Source of the DNA: Octopus sinensis
Taxonomy: Eukaryota
DNA: 64,000 bases
Assembly: GCF_006345805.1 (NCBI RefSeq)
Contig: NC_043000.1
Span: 151,466,001 to 151,530,000, forward strand
Direction of reading: 5' to 3'
The notes under the pieces are model-generated. The model had not been told where the DNA came from. It saw nothing but the letters and a program-made list of their open reading frames with translations, and searched no databases. Positions 25,339-39,728 of the stretch are shown here, piece after piece. The first letter of the stretch is position 1. Each line of letters starts with the position of its first letter. Position numbers and translations under genes: made by a program.

Positions 25339-26959
25339 GGTGGTAGTAGTTGATTCCTTTAAATTATGTACTGGGTCAATTTTTGTAGAGGTGGAGTAGA
25401 ATTGACTAATATATTACTGGTGCTTATAGAATTTAAATTGAAAACATTGAGGCTTATGACTAAATATCATAAAAAAACATCTATCTATTCCAATATTCTA
25501 CATTCCATACAAATTTTACTGCCAAATTAATAATGTCAGTGATAAGAATACTGTAATAATACACCTACTTTAGATTAAAAATATATTTAGTTAAAAGGGG
25601 AAAAAATAAACAAACAAATAAAATCTCCTCAGATATAAATTAATATATAAAAATATTTTTCATTATATTTATTTTTAAAAATCAAACCGGAATATTGATT
25701 AATTATTTTAAATTGTAATTTATTTAAAAATCGTGGATTAGTAAAATAATTGAAAACTTGATAAACAGATTTAAAATACAATCATTGAAAAAAAAATTTT
25801 TTAATAAAAAAAAAAAAATGAAAAACCAAACACCCACAAGTAATTTTAGACCATATTCATCACATTAGATCTAAATATTAGGACAGAAGATTGTCTTTGT
25901 TAAAGAGCCTTCAGAAATAATATATTGATAAGATGTTACAACTTCACAGCAGTGTATAGGCAGAGCTGTAGGCTCGGCCTTCTGACAGCACTTCCATGTA
26001 ATCTTCACTTTTGTCAGTGGCAAAGCTTAACAGCTAGCTACGTTGCGTATGTAAAGCCAGCAAGAAAGCTTCACCATGAAAACAAGAAAACAAAGGAGTG
26101 ATTTACTTTGTTCCACTATTTCTTTTTCGAACGGTATCAATTATGAAATGAAAAAAAAAAAAAAAAAACCCCAAAAAAAAGACTAAATAGATGTTCCTAA
26201 ATAATAAGTAGATACCTAGAATAATAATCTCTCCTTTAAAAGTATAATGTTTACTAATATAAATTTTATTCATACACACCCACACGCGAGTACGGATGGG
26301 TGTGATTATGTACGTATTAAAAAAAATAATAATGAGAAGCTGTACCTATCAGAATTATATGAGAAAAATATAGGCTTTTTATCGCGGTTTTTTATTATTT
26401 ATTTATTTATTCTTTTCTATTTATTTATTTTTCGGCTGATTGTTACCCCGGGTAGGGTGTGCAAAGGGAGAGAACTTATATAAAGAATACTAAATCGCTA
26501 AGAAGTTTAATGATTTTGCGTTTGTTAACCAATACTTGAGAAAATAAAATGGTTTTATATCACATTTTACAGCGATGAGTATTATTTAACGATTGTCAGA
26601 GTTATCTTTCTTCAATAGTTTATACTCAAACAATATCGTAAACCTTACATTTCTTAACAAAGGGGTTTCTCTTAAATACATCGCGCAATCTTAGCCTGAA
26701 CAAAATTTATTATTATTATGAGATCGGAGCTACTGCTAATAATAACCCACGCGGAAAATTTAGAAAGTATCAAATCTCTTAAATGACATAATAATAATAA
26801 TAATGATAATAATAACAATAATAACGTAACTTCTAAATCAGACGCACAATAAAATGTCCAGTTAAACAAGAATTGTTAAATTAACAAAAAGACGAATAAC
26901 TAAAATTGATAAATATTATTTTTCAAGGCAGCGCTTTAGCATTGCCACAGCCCAAACGT

Positions 26960-27002
<43 letters not shown>

Positions 27003-27760
27003 TATACACACACACACACATATATATATATACATACATATATTTACATATACAGACACATATATACATACATACACATATATACCTATATACAGACACA
27101 CACATATGTACACATACATGCATACACATTTACATACACGTATACATACATATATACATATATATGCATAAATACATATATATATACATACATATACGCA
27201 TACATATATATGTATATATACATGCATACATATATATACATGCATACATATATATACATGCATACATATATATATATACATGCATACATATATATATATA
27301 CATACATATATATACATGCATACATATATATATACATGCATACATATATATATACATACACACATATATACATACACACATATATACATACACACATATA
27401 TATATATACATACATATATATATATATACCTACATACATATATATATATACCTACATACATATATATATATACATACATATATATACATGCATACATATA
27501 TATATACATACATACATACATACATACACACATAAGCATATACATATAGATATACATGCATATATATATATAAATACATATGCATATATATACATACATA
27601 TATATACACATACATATATATATATACACATACATATATATGTATAAATATACATATGTATATACATACATATGTATAAATATACATACATATAGACATA
27701 TGTATATATATATATATATACATATACACATATATATATACATGTATATACACACACACA

Positions 27761-27810
<50 letters not shown>

Positions 27811-27825
27811 TATATATATATATAT

Positions 27826-27858
<33 letters not shown>
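26960..27858. repeat. Compound TA/CA microsatellite (CBFB intron 5)
   Basis: About 900 bp of low-complexity TA/TACA/CA sequence. Confidence 0.95.
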
Positions 27859-28136
27859 AACTCACACAAAGCAACTAAAATTGTAAAGACAGAAATTTGT
27901 TTAAAATATTGGTTCTTAACAAGAACAGCTCACTATTTATAATGTAAGGCTTTATATCAGTTTCCAGTGGCACAAAAGCCATAAGTTACAAGTAAAATAA
28001 ATACATTAGTAAGTAATTAAAAGTAAAATTATATATACAAATACATTAATGAAAGCTTGTAAAAGCAATTGCTTAAAGAGAGATTGAATTTCATGAATAT
28101 TATAATTATATATATTTTATGGAGTCCATATCTATC

Positions 28137-28184
<48 letters not shown>

Positions 28185-28204
28185 ATGGAGTCCATATCTA
28201 TCTG

Positions 28205-28238
<34 letters not shown>

Positions 28239-31124
28239 CACATATATATATACATACATATATATAATAACAATGCAACTTAATACTATACAGTGCATTA
28301 AGTAATATAATTTATTAGAGTATAAAGCCCTTTATATAATTACATAAAGTTTAATGCTTAACATGCATATTATAAGTGAACTTGTAAATTTAACACACAC
28401 ACAGACTGCCACACAGAAAGAAAGATAAAGTAGTAATTGAACTTAAGGTTAGTATTTCAGAATAGTGTGAACAATGGATACTCAATTACACAGAAATATA
28501 ATCTAAGAAAATAAAGTGAATAAAATCTAAATGGAAATACAAGGAAGTAATACCCTTTCTTTGTTTTGAAGTAAATCTCTGAGTTTAATGAGGATGGGTG
28601 TGGCTATATAAGTAAGCTCTCCTAGCAACATTTTCTTCACCCTGAGAAAACTGGAGATGGGATATATTTAAATGAGGTCTATTCGTAAGGCTGCACTTGT
28701 TAATGACAACAGCTGTCACAACAAAAAAAAGTTTCATCAAGTGAAATCAATACGGAAGAAAAAATATGAACGCAAATTAAAGTTTAGCCTATAAAAGAGG
28801 AATAAGTTTGCATAATTTTTATAAACAAACTTTTATGAATACAGAGTGTTCCTTTATATAAATCTTGTCATAGCCTTTTTACATAAGAAATATAATTATT
28901 GTCACAATGGCTAATGTTTTTAACACAATGATAGTTTTGAAACTGTAATTAAAACTGTGGGCGGAGTGTATAAAAACCACAGGGACAATTTTAGTAGTAA
29001 ACATATGCTTAAACTAAAGAATAATGTTTTAAAAGGAATATACTTAGTGTTGCTTCATTCAACAATAACTGAAAATTTTTTTCTAAATTACTAACTTTGA
29101 AAATAAAACACCTAGTATAATTTTATAGCACCACCAAATATATTTGAAATCTTATAAACAAAGTACTACTCCACAGCAACTTTGAGAAGCCTTTGAAAGA
29201 AAAAAAATTCAGTTTTTTAGCTTTTAACAATGGTGTTATAAGAGGATATAAGAGAAGTCCATAAATAATAATAAGATAAATTCAATTCTTTTTCAACCAT
29301 CCTCTAGACTCTTACATGATTTCTGTTTTTGCCAATTAAGCTAAGTTAAGACTGCAACAAGGCAGAGGGTATTTCATCAGTCTCTGCTATTGTGTTGTCA
29401 GAGGAAATGTGGGCCTAAACCTGCCATTTTGCTCTTTGTTGCATTCAGGCAGATGTAGCTAAACTAGTTTCTACTTGTTTTAGAAGCATATGCTATGCCC
29501 AGATATAAGCCTAAAAAGCCTTTAAAGCATTCGTATGAAAAAAAATTAATCAAATATTAACAAAAAATAGCACTTTGATTCAAGGATCAATTAAAATCCT
29601 ATCTGTTTCAGCAATTTTGGCATGCTAAAAACATCCAGACAACAACACTTTTAAAACTAAATGAGATTCATTTCCAGATTCCTGGCCTTAATGTCTATCG
29701 GGCAGGGGGAGGTAACTCTAAATTCACAGTAGAAATTTATTGATTTATGTGGCTACTTTTCAGTGCAAATTTAACAGTGGAGGGTATGGTTTCTCTTACA
29801 GCATTTTCCAGGATGCTACCATTTTTTATCTAAAATATTGTTAAAAATCGAAGCAAATATGCCTAAAATATTAATTTACAATATTTCGAGATACATATAT
29901 CAAAATAATTAGGAAAAATGTTAATTATTATTCTAAATGGTCTTCATTTATTTCAACTAATTCAAATTCAAACATTCATTTTTATGAAGTTTTTTTAACT
30001 TTTAGTACTACATTATAATGTTTAAGGCAAATTTAGAGTATCTTTGCCCTATTATTGATTAATCTGTCTTTAATTACTTTGAGAATTTTTTTTAAAATTA
30101 GATTTACAAAGAGAACATAATTTTAATTTTTAAAAATTTTCCTTTAACTGTTTAGAATCTACATATTTTGCTTCCAAAAGACTCTCAAAAGCAATTATAC
30201 ATTTCTTAGAGCTAAACAAGGAGTAAAATACATACCTACTTGAAAATATACTTTCATTAGGCAATATATTATCAATATTTTAAAGAATAAATTAAAGCTT
30301 AAAATAGTTCATGTAAATTAAAGAACAAAGTATTGGGTAGATGTACTTTATTGCTAGAAACAAAATAAAAAGCAACATCAAAGTAAGACAATTATAAGCA
30401 ATATTGTTGATCTTTAATTTTATATAAATATAGTGAAAGAATATCTTGAAATATCTATAACAAAGGCGCAAAATCATGAATAATAAGATATAAAAAATAT
30501 ATACAGTTTTAGTTTAAAATAAACTCAAAACAAGCTAAAGTTTAGAGAGAATATTATCCCTTATTTCATAAACAATAATTCTATTTTACTTTTGTTTAAT
30601 AAAAAAAATACTGTTTCCATTTTAGTCTAATTAATAATATATCTAAAAGAAATGTTTTAATCTATTTCTCTCTTCAAAATAAGGGACAACAAAGAAAATA
30701 CATTGTATCATATGCTTTTTTATATTTTTCCTTTAATTTTGTATGCAGTTTTCTTGCTATTTCTTTCTGAAGTAAAAACTCTAATTGCTGTCCATTTTGC
30801 TTTGTTTTAAATTTGCGAATAAAACTGGAATGCAATGAGAGTGAAGAGTTGATTAAAAATTGGTTTTAACTTCCCTTTCAAAATAGTACTAAGATGTTCA
30901 AGAAATAAATGTATTAAAATAAATAGATTGAATAAATAATCAAAATAAGTCCATATTTTTGATAGATTTAATTTACATTTGAATTTTTGTGAAATTAAAA
31001 TTTAATATATAATTGTTTGAAAATATCTAATTTAATGGAGTTTTTTTAAATGATGGAATGACTTAAAATTAAATTCATATCAAGACTTGCAGCCTTCTGA
31101 TATATGCAACAAAGCTTGTACTAC

Positions 31125-31238
31125 CTCAGCTTCAGTTCTTCTTACTTCTTGTTCTCTAAATTGTCTCTGTCTTTCTTCAAAACCACGTATTCTTCTGTTA
31201 TATTGATCGGTCTGTTCTCTTAATACAGCATCTTCAAC
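31125..31238 (-). CDS. CBFB: CBF-beta coding exon 5 (long form; shorter form ends at 31146; read-through stop at 31080)
   Basis: TTCAG|GTT; VEDAVLREQTDQYNRRIRGFEERQRQFREQEVRRTEAE aligns with human QEDALAQQAFEEARRRTREFEDRDRSHREEME. Two phase-0 donors: GAA|GTAAGA and GAG|GTAGTA. Confidence 0.92.
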
Positions 31239-33483
31239 CTGAATATTAGATATTCACTTAACAATAAGTTTAAATCAAACAAGTATTGTTATAAGAAACT
31301 TGAATGAAAAGAACATTTAATTCTAAGTTCATTCATAAAAATGTATTTGTAAAAAAAAAAAGGGGAAGAATAGAATAAAATAAAATAAAATAAAATAAAA
31401 TAATATGGAATCAATGAGAAAAAACAGAAGTAGCAACTGATGTTAGAGGTATCCTATGCCTGATTCAAAACTTTCCCATGTGAACTGTTCAAGGATATCT
31501 CACATTTCTCTTCTAACTTTCCTAAGGGTTGTTTTGAAAGATATACATATCACCTGGAACTTTCCCTAATGACAAAGACACTCTTCTATCTACCATGTTG
31601 AGATGGACAAGTAATCTATGTCCAAAGCAGGCTGGTTTCTAGCAGCTGATAAGGCAAATTGCAGCAAGACCTGACAAAAGGTGACCCTAGGGTGTTCAAA
31701 ATGAGTGGCTTAAAAGTGAGAGAAAAATGTCATCAGCTGTCTACATAAACAGCCAACAATGCCAGTTTTTAATTGGTTTTCCTGTTATTATAAGCCTGCA
31801 GGCCTGGGAGGCTGTCTGCATATGGTTCTTAGGGCACCATTTGCTTTTCCAAATTAAAAAAAATAGAGGCTAATAAAGGTGTGAGTTTTGGTGGACAGCT
31901 GATCTGTACTATGTTCCCAGCCTGGTATTGATTTTTTTCTTTGTCTTTTTGTTCCCATTGTCCCACAAAAGTTTAATTTTCTTGTTTTGCCAGCCCCAAC
32001 TTATGAATTTCATAAGGTGTGTTGGGGTGGTAGGCCATCTGACAGCTATTGTTGGTAAACATGTGCAGTGGAGGAGTGTGTGGGTTCAGAACGTCTGCAG
32101 AGGCCCCAGTTTTGTTCTAAAGGCCTTTGTTTCTTTTGTCTTAGGTATTTTCCAGTCTCTAGGTGGCAGATGGATGTAAGATGAAGGTCAAAGTGTGTGT
32201 GTAATTGAGTGAGGACTGAAGTGGGAGTGATATGGTGGAGGAAAATCAAAGCTGACAAACTAAGAGCCTTCAGCAGGGAAACTCCCTTATGGCATGTGTA
32301 TTAATTCAATGTTCAGCAACATATGGCTTAATTAAGAGATTAAACATAAAGATAGATATCTGCTTACAGAGCCCCATACTCAATGCTGTGACTGAGTGCA
32401 AATCCAATGAGATTTGGTAATGAAAGCCTAATTCTATCTTCAAATCTCCACCCAAAATAGACTGTTAATTCTGTCTCCAACAGTCAGCAAAAGATAAATA
32501 GAAGAGATTTGCAACCTATGAAGACTTTGGAAATGGTCATAATAGAGAAAGAAAGGGCTTGTTAGAATATTGTTCATTCTAAACAAAAAGAAAAAAATTG
32601 CTTTCTTCGAGTCTTCAATTACATTTAATAGATTCTCTTTTCCCCTTTTTTATTAGCTTTGTTAAACAAAACTATTACTTTTTTTATGTTTTTAATCCTT
32701 TCATTTTCCACAGTAATAATAATAATGTGGTTATAACTGTTTACTAGGAAATACCAGACTGTTTTCATGAATATTTAAAACTAGGTTTTGATCTTTGTAA
32801 TTATCCTCCTAGAAACTCATAAAATGCTAATTTACCAGACTTATGTAAATGACATTTAAAAAAAAAAAGAAGGGAAAGAAAGAAAGCAAAAAAAAAAAAA
32901 GTCATTTAGCTAAAGAATAAATATTAGAATAACAACATCTGATGCCCATCTCAAAAGTGACTCCCCTCACAGTTTGCAAATTAATACATATGCTCTGTGG
33001 TTAAGTGACAAAAAAATATAATAAAAAGCCTACAGCGATCCATATGCTTCCAATCATAGATAAACTAAATTTTAACAGAATATATTGAAATTATACAATA
33101 TATGAAGACAGGAATTAACTCCCAAGTTAGACAATACTTTAAGTTATCACATTTCAACAAATATGAAGAAATTAGAACAATGTTTGTTATGATACTTGAA
33201 ATATTTATTGAACTACTAATGTATATTACAAATAATTTATTAAGCATGTATTATTTGGAAAATAAATAGGTTTATCAGAATAGAAAATATTAATTGAAGA
33301 AACAAATGAAATATTCAAAACATAGATATGTCGTTGCAATGGTAAACTTTTTTCTCTTAAGATAAAATTTATTCAATGGCTTAAATTTATTCTAAAAATA
33401 GGCAGTAATTAATTTGGAAACAAAGGAATATTATGGAGAAAAAAAAAATCAAGTCTTGAATTTCAAGAACATTATTTAATTAC

Positions 33484-33600
33484 CTCAGCTCTTTCAGTAT
33501 CAAATTCTAGACAACCAATTCCATCCAAACGATGCAAATCTATCCATCCACGCCAAATAACACAAACTCCATTCATTATAAACTGAGACTTCAAATGAAC
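33484..33600 (-). CDS. CBFB: CBF-beta coding exon 4
   Basis: TTTCAG|GTT...GAG|GTAATT; 117 nt; VHLKSQFIMNGVCVIWRGWIDLHRLDGIGCLEFDTERAE, containing the NGVCVIW.GWIDL.RLDG signature. Follows a 17.6 kb intron 3. Confidence 0.97.
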
Positions 33601-35331
33601 CTGAAATATTTTTATCATAATTGCAAACAATTACAATTTAATAAAAAAAAATCTACTTAAATTATAAAAATAACTATTAAAATAAAATAAAACATACATA
33701 AATTCTTATTTTATTTTATTTTACTTCATTTTATTTCAAATATTCAATCAAAAAGTTAACACTATAGTTTCCTGACTCAGCTATGAAGGAAGATAAAAGA
33801 AACTTTGACAAAGTAAAATATGACAATAGTGTTCTTGTATCAAAGGAGATCTATTGATGGGAACATGATAATGATGAGTAGCAAAAGTACCTGTTGAACA
33901 GATATATCAATTAACGTTGATTTCAAACTAATAAATACACTGGAAAAAGTTGAACAGTAACTAGGATTTTTTTTAAACAAATAAACATTGTTTTATTTCA
34001 TTATCACAACTAAAAGTCTATAAAATACAAAACTTAAAATTTATTCATTTTTTTTTTCCAACATTGGAAAGTAAGGAATAAATATTTATGTAAGGGTAAC
34101 TAAAATAGGGATTTATCTATAGTTTTTTTTAAAACGAAAGTAGACTAGTGGGACCCGCCTATACGAAACTTGAAGGAAAATGTTTATCCCACTCACATAA
34201 CTGTCACATGAGACACTCCTTCACCACTTCGTATGACTAAACAATAAATTACTCTCAATGAAATTTTATCCGAGCCGGACTTCCTCTGGATAAAACATTT
34301 AAGTGGAACTAACTTTAATTTTCACAAAATACTTAATACAAAATCAACTTAACCAATACTTAATACTGATTTCTGAGGTAATAATAATAACGATGATGAT
34401 GACGATGGTGGTGGTGGTGGTGGTGGTTGGCATTGGTGGTGGTAGTGGGGGTGGGGGTGATGATGGTAATGATGGTGCATAGGTTTTACACATGGATTTT
34501 ATATATTTAAGTGCGTTTATTTATATACACACACACACACGTCACGTATATAAAACAATTATTACGCTAAGATTCTACGAGTGGAGCGGGGTGTGTGTGT
34601 ACGCGCGCGTGTAGTGTGTGTATGTGTTTGTATATGTGGGTGCGTATGTGTGTTTGTGTATGTGTCTACAAAAAAAGGTCTTTGTATTCATACTTTTTTC
34701 TTTCTTTTTCTGTTCTTTTTTTTTTATATAATATAACCGATGGACCAATAAACAAGGGGGAGAATGATTTTGACGGTTGAGAAGGCGTGTCACCCACCAA
34801 GAAGACTTTCAGAGATCGTTTCGTCAGCGCTGTCTCCACATCTACTTCATTCTACAATTACTATAGGAAATATGGATCATTCAATCGTTAATCATTCAAA
34901 CACCAAATGGTTGTCCAAAGATTTTTATTGTCAAATTAACTTCAAAAGATAACTTATTACCGCTTATAGAAAAAAAAAATAAGAAAAAAATAGAAAAAAC
35001 CCCCCGAACAAAACACGCTCAAAAGCCAAACAAACATATGTAAGGATTTAAGGAAACAAGATGTACTTAATTGTGAACCAGAAATCTAAGAAATGCAAAT
35101 GTTTTACATTTACATATTCAAACAATTTTCGGAGAACTGATTTATCGCAACCACGTGTGCTCGTCTCGCTAGCATGCCCTGTCGCTACTGAAGAGAATAT
35201 TAAAATAGATGATTGGGGCGTGTACCAAGACTGAATTTGATAATGAACAGAAGATAAGTAGAAATTGTATAGAGGACAGGAAAATGAGAAATACTCACAA
35301 AGTCCACACTTTAATTTAACCCCCACCTCTC

Positions 35332-35366
<35 letters not shown>

Positions 35367-35963
35367 ATCTATCTATCTCTCTCTCCCTGTGTGTTTGTGT
35401 ACACGCACACACAAAAATTAATCTTTAAGGAACAAATAGTCATGAAATCATAATCATTTAACTCTGACAATAATAAGCGTTTCTCAGACACAAGGCCACA
35501 ACTTTATAAGCGTCGGGACAGTATTTTGGGGGACATGCATGATTTTTACTAAGTACAGAAAGGGCATTGACAGTAAGAAGAGAAAATCGTTAGGACATTT
35601 GATATAAAATTTCTTGGGGTTTTGGGGGGGATGGTGGTTAAAAATTATTATTTATTTTTTTACCAGATTTAATCTTCACTTAAAATTTCGCAACTACATT
35701 ATTCCCCTTATGTATGTGAAATGAAATGAACTTTGATCAGGTTTCTGCCACCAATAGAATACTAATTGAGAAGAATAATTATTACGAATACCCTTTTTAC
35801 CCCTCTTTCTCTCTTTCATCTTCTCAAATTTGAACCCCACGTAAGCCCTTTCTGATACCAACCCACCTGAAACCGCCCCTGGTTCTATGATACAAACTTC
35901 CTGCATTAAAGTGATTCTAAATTAAAATCTACCAAAATTGCTAGCCAATTTTATGTACCAAAT

Positions 35964-36179
35964 AGGGCGGCGAACTAGTGGAATTGTAAGCACGCCGGAG
36001 AAAATGCTTAGCAGCATTTCGTCCGTCTTTACGTTCTGAGTTCGAATTCTACCGAGGTCGACTTTGCCTTTCATCTCTGCGGTGTCGATAAAGAAACTAC
36101 CAGTTGAGGACTGGGGTCGGTGTAATCGACTTACACCCGTCCCCGAACTTGCTGGCCCTGAGCCAAAATTTGAAACCAA
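35964..36179 (+). mobile_element. SINE family B, tail type 1, with 14-bp TSD
   Basis: TTTATGTACCAAAT is duplicated at 35950-35963 and 36180-36193. Confidence 0.85.
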
Positions 36180-36696
36180 TTTATGTACCAAATGCCAGGG
36201 TTAATAGCGATCGTGTTATTTTTAATATTTAATTATTTTCACAATTAACTGAAAAAAAGGCTGTGTATTTAAATAGAATTAAGGCAAAACACTAATAAAA
36301 TTCCTGACGTGTGCCACACTTACGGTAAATGGAACTTTAATATCGAGTATCGATTTTACTTCACAATTAATTCATTCTAAATAGAGCAGGGATATCAGTT
36401 GCAAAAGAGTACGAAGAAAAAAGAAGGATGATGCAACAAGAAAAGAAATTTTCTATTTTACTACTTTAAATAGTAAAGATTTATAAAACTGAAGAAGTCC
36501 TTGTGTGTGTGTATTTGTGTGTAAAAGCAAATCTACACTTACGTTCATATATATATATATACACACGAGCGAGTGGACAAACAAAAGAAAAAGGTACTCA
36601 ACATATTTATTTACTAGGAGTTACATGTAGTATTTAAAACAGTTCGATTCGGCTCCATGGGCCTCTAATAGAAACCTGTCTCTTTCATAAATACTG

Positions 36697-36984
36697 TTTA
36701 TATTTCGGGATGGTCATTTTTCTTTTTTTTTCTTGTCAAATAAACACATGCACTATAAATTCGCTTTTCACGTGTTTACACGTGTCTCCTGTTCTGTTTT
36801 TTTCGGTCTTTGGAGGATGAGACACATGGGATGGAGAGTCGCTAAAGAGGTCACAGGAAGTGTGACGAAAGATTTCCAGACATAGACATAAAATAGGAAC
36901 AATAACAAACAAGTAGAGAACGAATGAATATATAGTGCGTGTGTTAATTTGGTGAGAAAAACAAATGACCGTCCCGAAATATAA
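36697..36984. mobile_element. Inverted-repeat element (unclassified)
   Basis: TTATATTTCGGGATGGTCATTT and AAATGACCGTCCCGAAATATAA are inverted repeats about 290 bp apart; no clear TSD. Confidence 0.45.
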
Positions 36985-37180
36985 CGATATCTGTTTCAAC
37001 ACACGATTTCAAAACAAATTAACAAACGTATGTGTCTGTGTGTATTTATATATATATATATACACACACATTCACATACATTTATAAATTCATTTGTAAA
37101 AACATGATGATATAGATGAATATATTAATAATATATACGTAAGTGTACATACATCTACATATATATATATACGCACACAG

Positions 37181-37233
<53 letters not shown>

Positions 37234-37537
37234 GGGGGGTTGTGGCCGTGCTGGAGCATAACCATTAGTGATTAGTATATTTCATTTCATTTCTATGACC
37301 CATTTTCATTTAGGGTCTTGGTGAATGAAGGAGTTGGATAGCAGTGTTCTCGTTTATGTTTCTTGCTATAAAGTGGGTTCATCTGGTATTTGGGTCTTTT
37401 CTGTGAATGTTTTTGCTTTTTTTTAATACAACCACATCTATGCCTCATCGATCTTTGAAGATTTTGGAAAGGTATTGAAAAACATCTGTGAGCCCTTGAA
37501 TGCTAAACTGTTACAGTATTGTATCATTACTCAAGGT

Positions 37538-37813
37538 CAGCAGTTCCCAAATTTTTTCAAGCTTGTGACACCTTGGCACCCAGGCCACATTCCTAGCGCC
37601 CCCTCACCCTGCCCACTACAAATATAGACCACTTTCTGCATCAAATTCAAAACAATTGTATTTCAGAAAACGTAATTAACCAATTTACATTCTTTTTTTA
37701 CATCTAATCACCCCATTTAGACCACCCCGTTATCATCTCACTTTTCTTCGACACCCTGCTAGCTCTTTCCACTGCCCCCAAGGGGTAAGTACTACCAACT
37801 TTGAGAACCACTG
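37538..37813. mobile_element. hAT-Charlie-like MITE
   Basis: CAGCAGTTCCCAAA ... TTTGAGAACCACTG; 8-bp flanks CTCAAGGT / CTCTAGAT (NTCTAGAN-type target). Confidence 0.7.
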
Positions 37814-37929
37814 CTCTAGATCGAGGGGGTTGGACCTTCATACTATGCAGTGGTGTCTAGCTCAGAGATTGGAATAACTTTCACTCCCAAAGTTATGTGC
37901 AGGACCCTCCAGGATCTCCCACATTATAT

Positions 37930-38338
37930 ACTCTTTACTCTTTTACTTGTTTCAGTCATTTTGACTGTGGCCATGCTGGAGCACCGCCCTTAGTCGAGCA
38001 AATCGACCCCAGGACTTATTCTTTGTAAGCCTAGTACTTATTCTATCGGTCTCTTTTGCCAAACCGCTAAGTTTCGGGGACGTAAACACACCAGCATCGG
38101 TTGTCAAGCGATGTTGTGGGGACAAACACAGACACACAAACACACACACATATACATATATATATACATATATACGACAGGCTTCTTTCAGTTTCCGTCT
38201 ACCAAATCCACTCACAAGGCTTTGGTCGGCCCGAGGCTATAGCAGAAGACACTTGCCCAAGGTGCCACGCAGAGGGACTGAACCCGGAACCATGTGGTTG
38301 GTAAGCAAGCTACTTACCACACAGCCACTCCTACGCCT
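37930..38338 (-). mobile_element. SINE family A (CBFB intron 3)
   Basis: Full-length match to the family consensus. Confidence 0.9.
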
Positions 38339-39254
38339 ATATATATATATATCATTGCATATCTTTTGTGACTTCTTTCCAGGGAGCAGAACCACAGTTC
38401 TTTTAGTGCTACCAGTAGCTGATCTATTGCACTAAGGCAAAATTCTTGGTATAACAGCACTGGAATGCTTCAATCTCTACTGTTAGTTTGAATATACTTG
38501 GCAATTACAACTGTGAAAATATGACTGAAAATAAATGTTTTTCACAGAACCACCACAGTTTCATTTTCTTCTTTTTTGTTATGACTGATTCCAGAAACCA
38601 AAGTGTCACCAGCACATTGTTGCTATCTTAGTAACATGTACACAGAATGATGCACCATTATTTATGCTAATTCCCAGACCACACACCAGGATTGCAATAA
38701 ACACTGGTTTTATATATTCTAATTACAATTTCTACATGGGTTACAGAGGAGTATATGAAATTTCCCAGCATTGAATAACATTTTATTTACTTCAGGACTT
38801 ACTGTAGTTTTACATTATCTTTAGGTTTCTTAAGTGCATATTATACGTTTGTATTATCAACATAGCTGGTGAGAGTGACTACGGGTATATCTAACACAGC
38901 CATCAGAAACTAATAGTGACACTATTACATTTCTATGAGACATTCTGTTATGAATTTATGTCTAAAACACACACATGCACACAGTACCACTGGCTGCAAC
39001 AGCCTTGCTTTTACCTTACTTAACTTAAGCAGCCACTCCTCTAGCTATCCAACTATGCCAAGGTCATACAGTTAGTGACATATCAACCCGTGACCGACAA
39101 CATACAGACACGGTTATATGAATGTATACACATAGAAAGAAGCATAGAAATACATGCACACATATACAAATACAAACACATACATAGACACACACACAAA
39201 TTTGTATAAATATGTGATACTTACACATGCACATATACAAACATATCTACATAT

Positions 39255-39365
39255 ACATATTTATATAGACACTTCTATATACATACATATGTACATATTT
39301 ATATAGACACTTCTATATACATACATATATACATATTTATATAGACACTTCTATATACATATATA
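39255..39365. repeat. 38-bp minisatellite, about 3 copies
   Basis: ACATATTTATATAGACACTTCTATATACAT recurs at 39255, 39293 and 39331. Confidence 0.85.
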
Positions 39366-39387
39366 TATACCCTTATATATATATATA

Positions 39388-39728
39388 TTCTTTTACTTGT
39401 TTCAGTCATTTGACTGCAGCCATGCTGGAGCACCGCCTTTAGTCAAATCAAATCGACCCCAGGACTTATTCATTAGGTCTTTTTTGCCGAACCACTAAGT
39501 TACGGGGACCTAAACACACCAGCATCAGTTGTCAAGTGATGTGAGGGAGGACAAAAACAGATACACACACACACACACATATATATATACATATATATAT
39601 ATATATACATATATACGATGGGCTTCTTTCAGTTTCCGTCTACCACTCACAAGACACTTGCCCAAGGTGCTACACAGTTGGATTGAACCCAGAAACATGT
39701 GGTTGGTAAGCAAGCTACTTACCACACA
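39388..39728 (-). mobile_element. SINE family A with internal deletions
   Basis: Collinear with the consensus apart from short deletions. Confidence 0.85.

Noticed and set aside
26906-27942. Long Tyr/Ile/His/Cys-rich ORFs (also 41201-42257, 54059-54754, 11103-11491)
   Set aside because: TA/CA microsatellites lack stop codons, so these ORFs are artefacts.
28111-28206. 30-bp direct repeat flanking (TA)n
   Set aside because: Best explained by local slippage duplication; no element lies between the repeats.
31440-32480. Possible old LINE remnant in CBFB intron 4 (QT.THTLLHC-like motif); similar weak signal at 39790-40340
   Set aside because: Too degenerate to support a call without a profile search.
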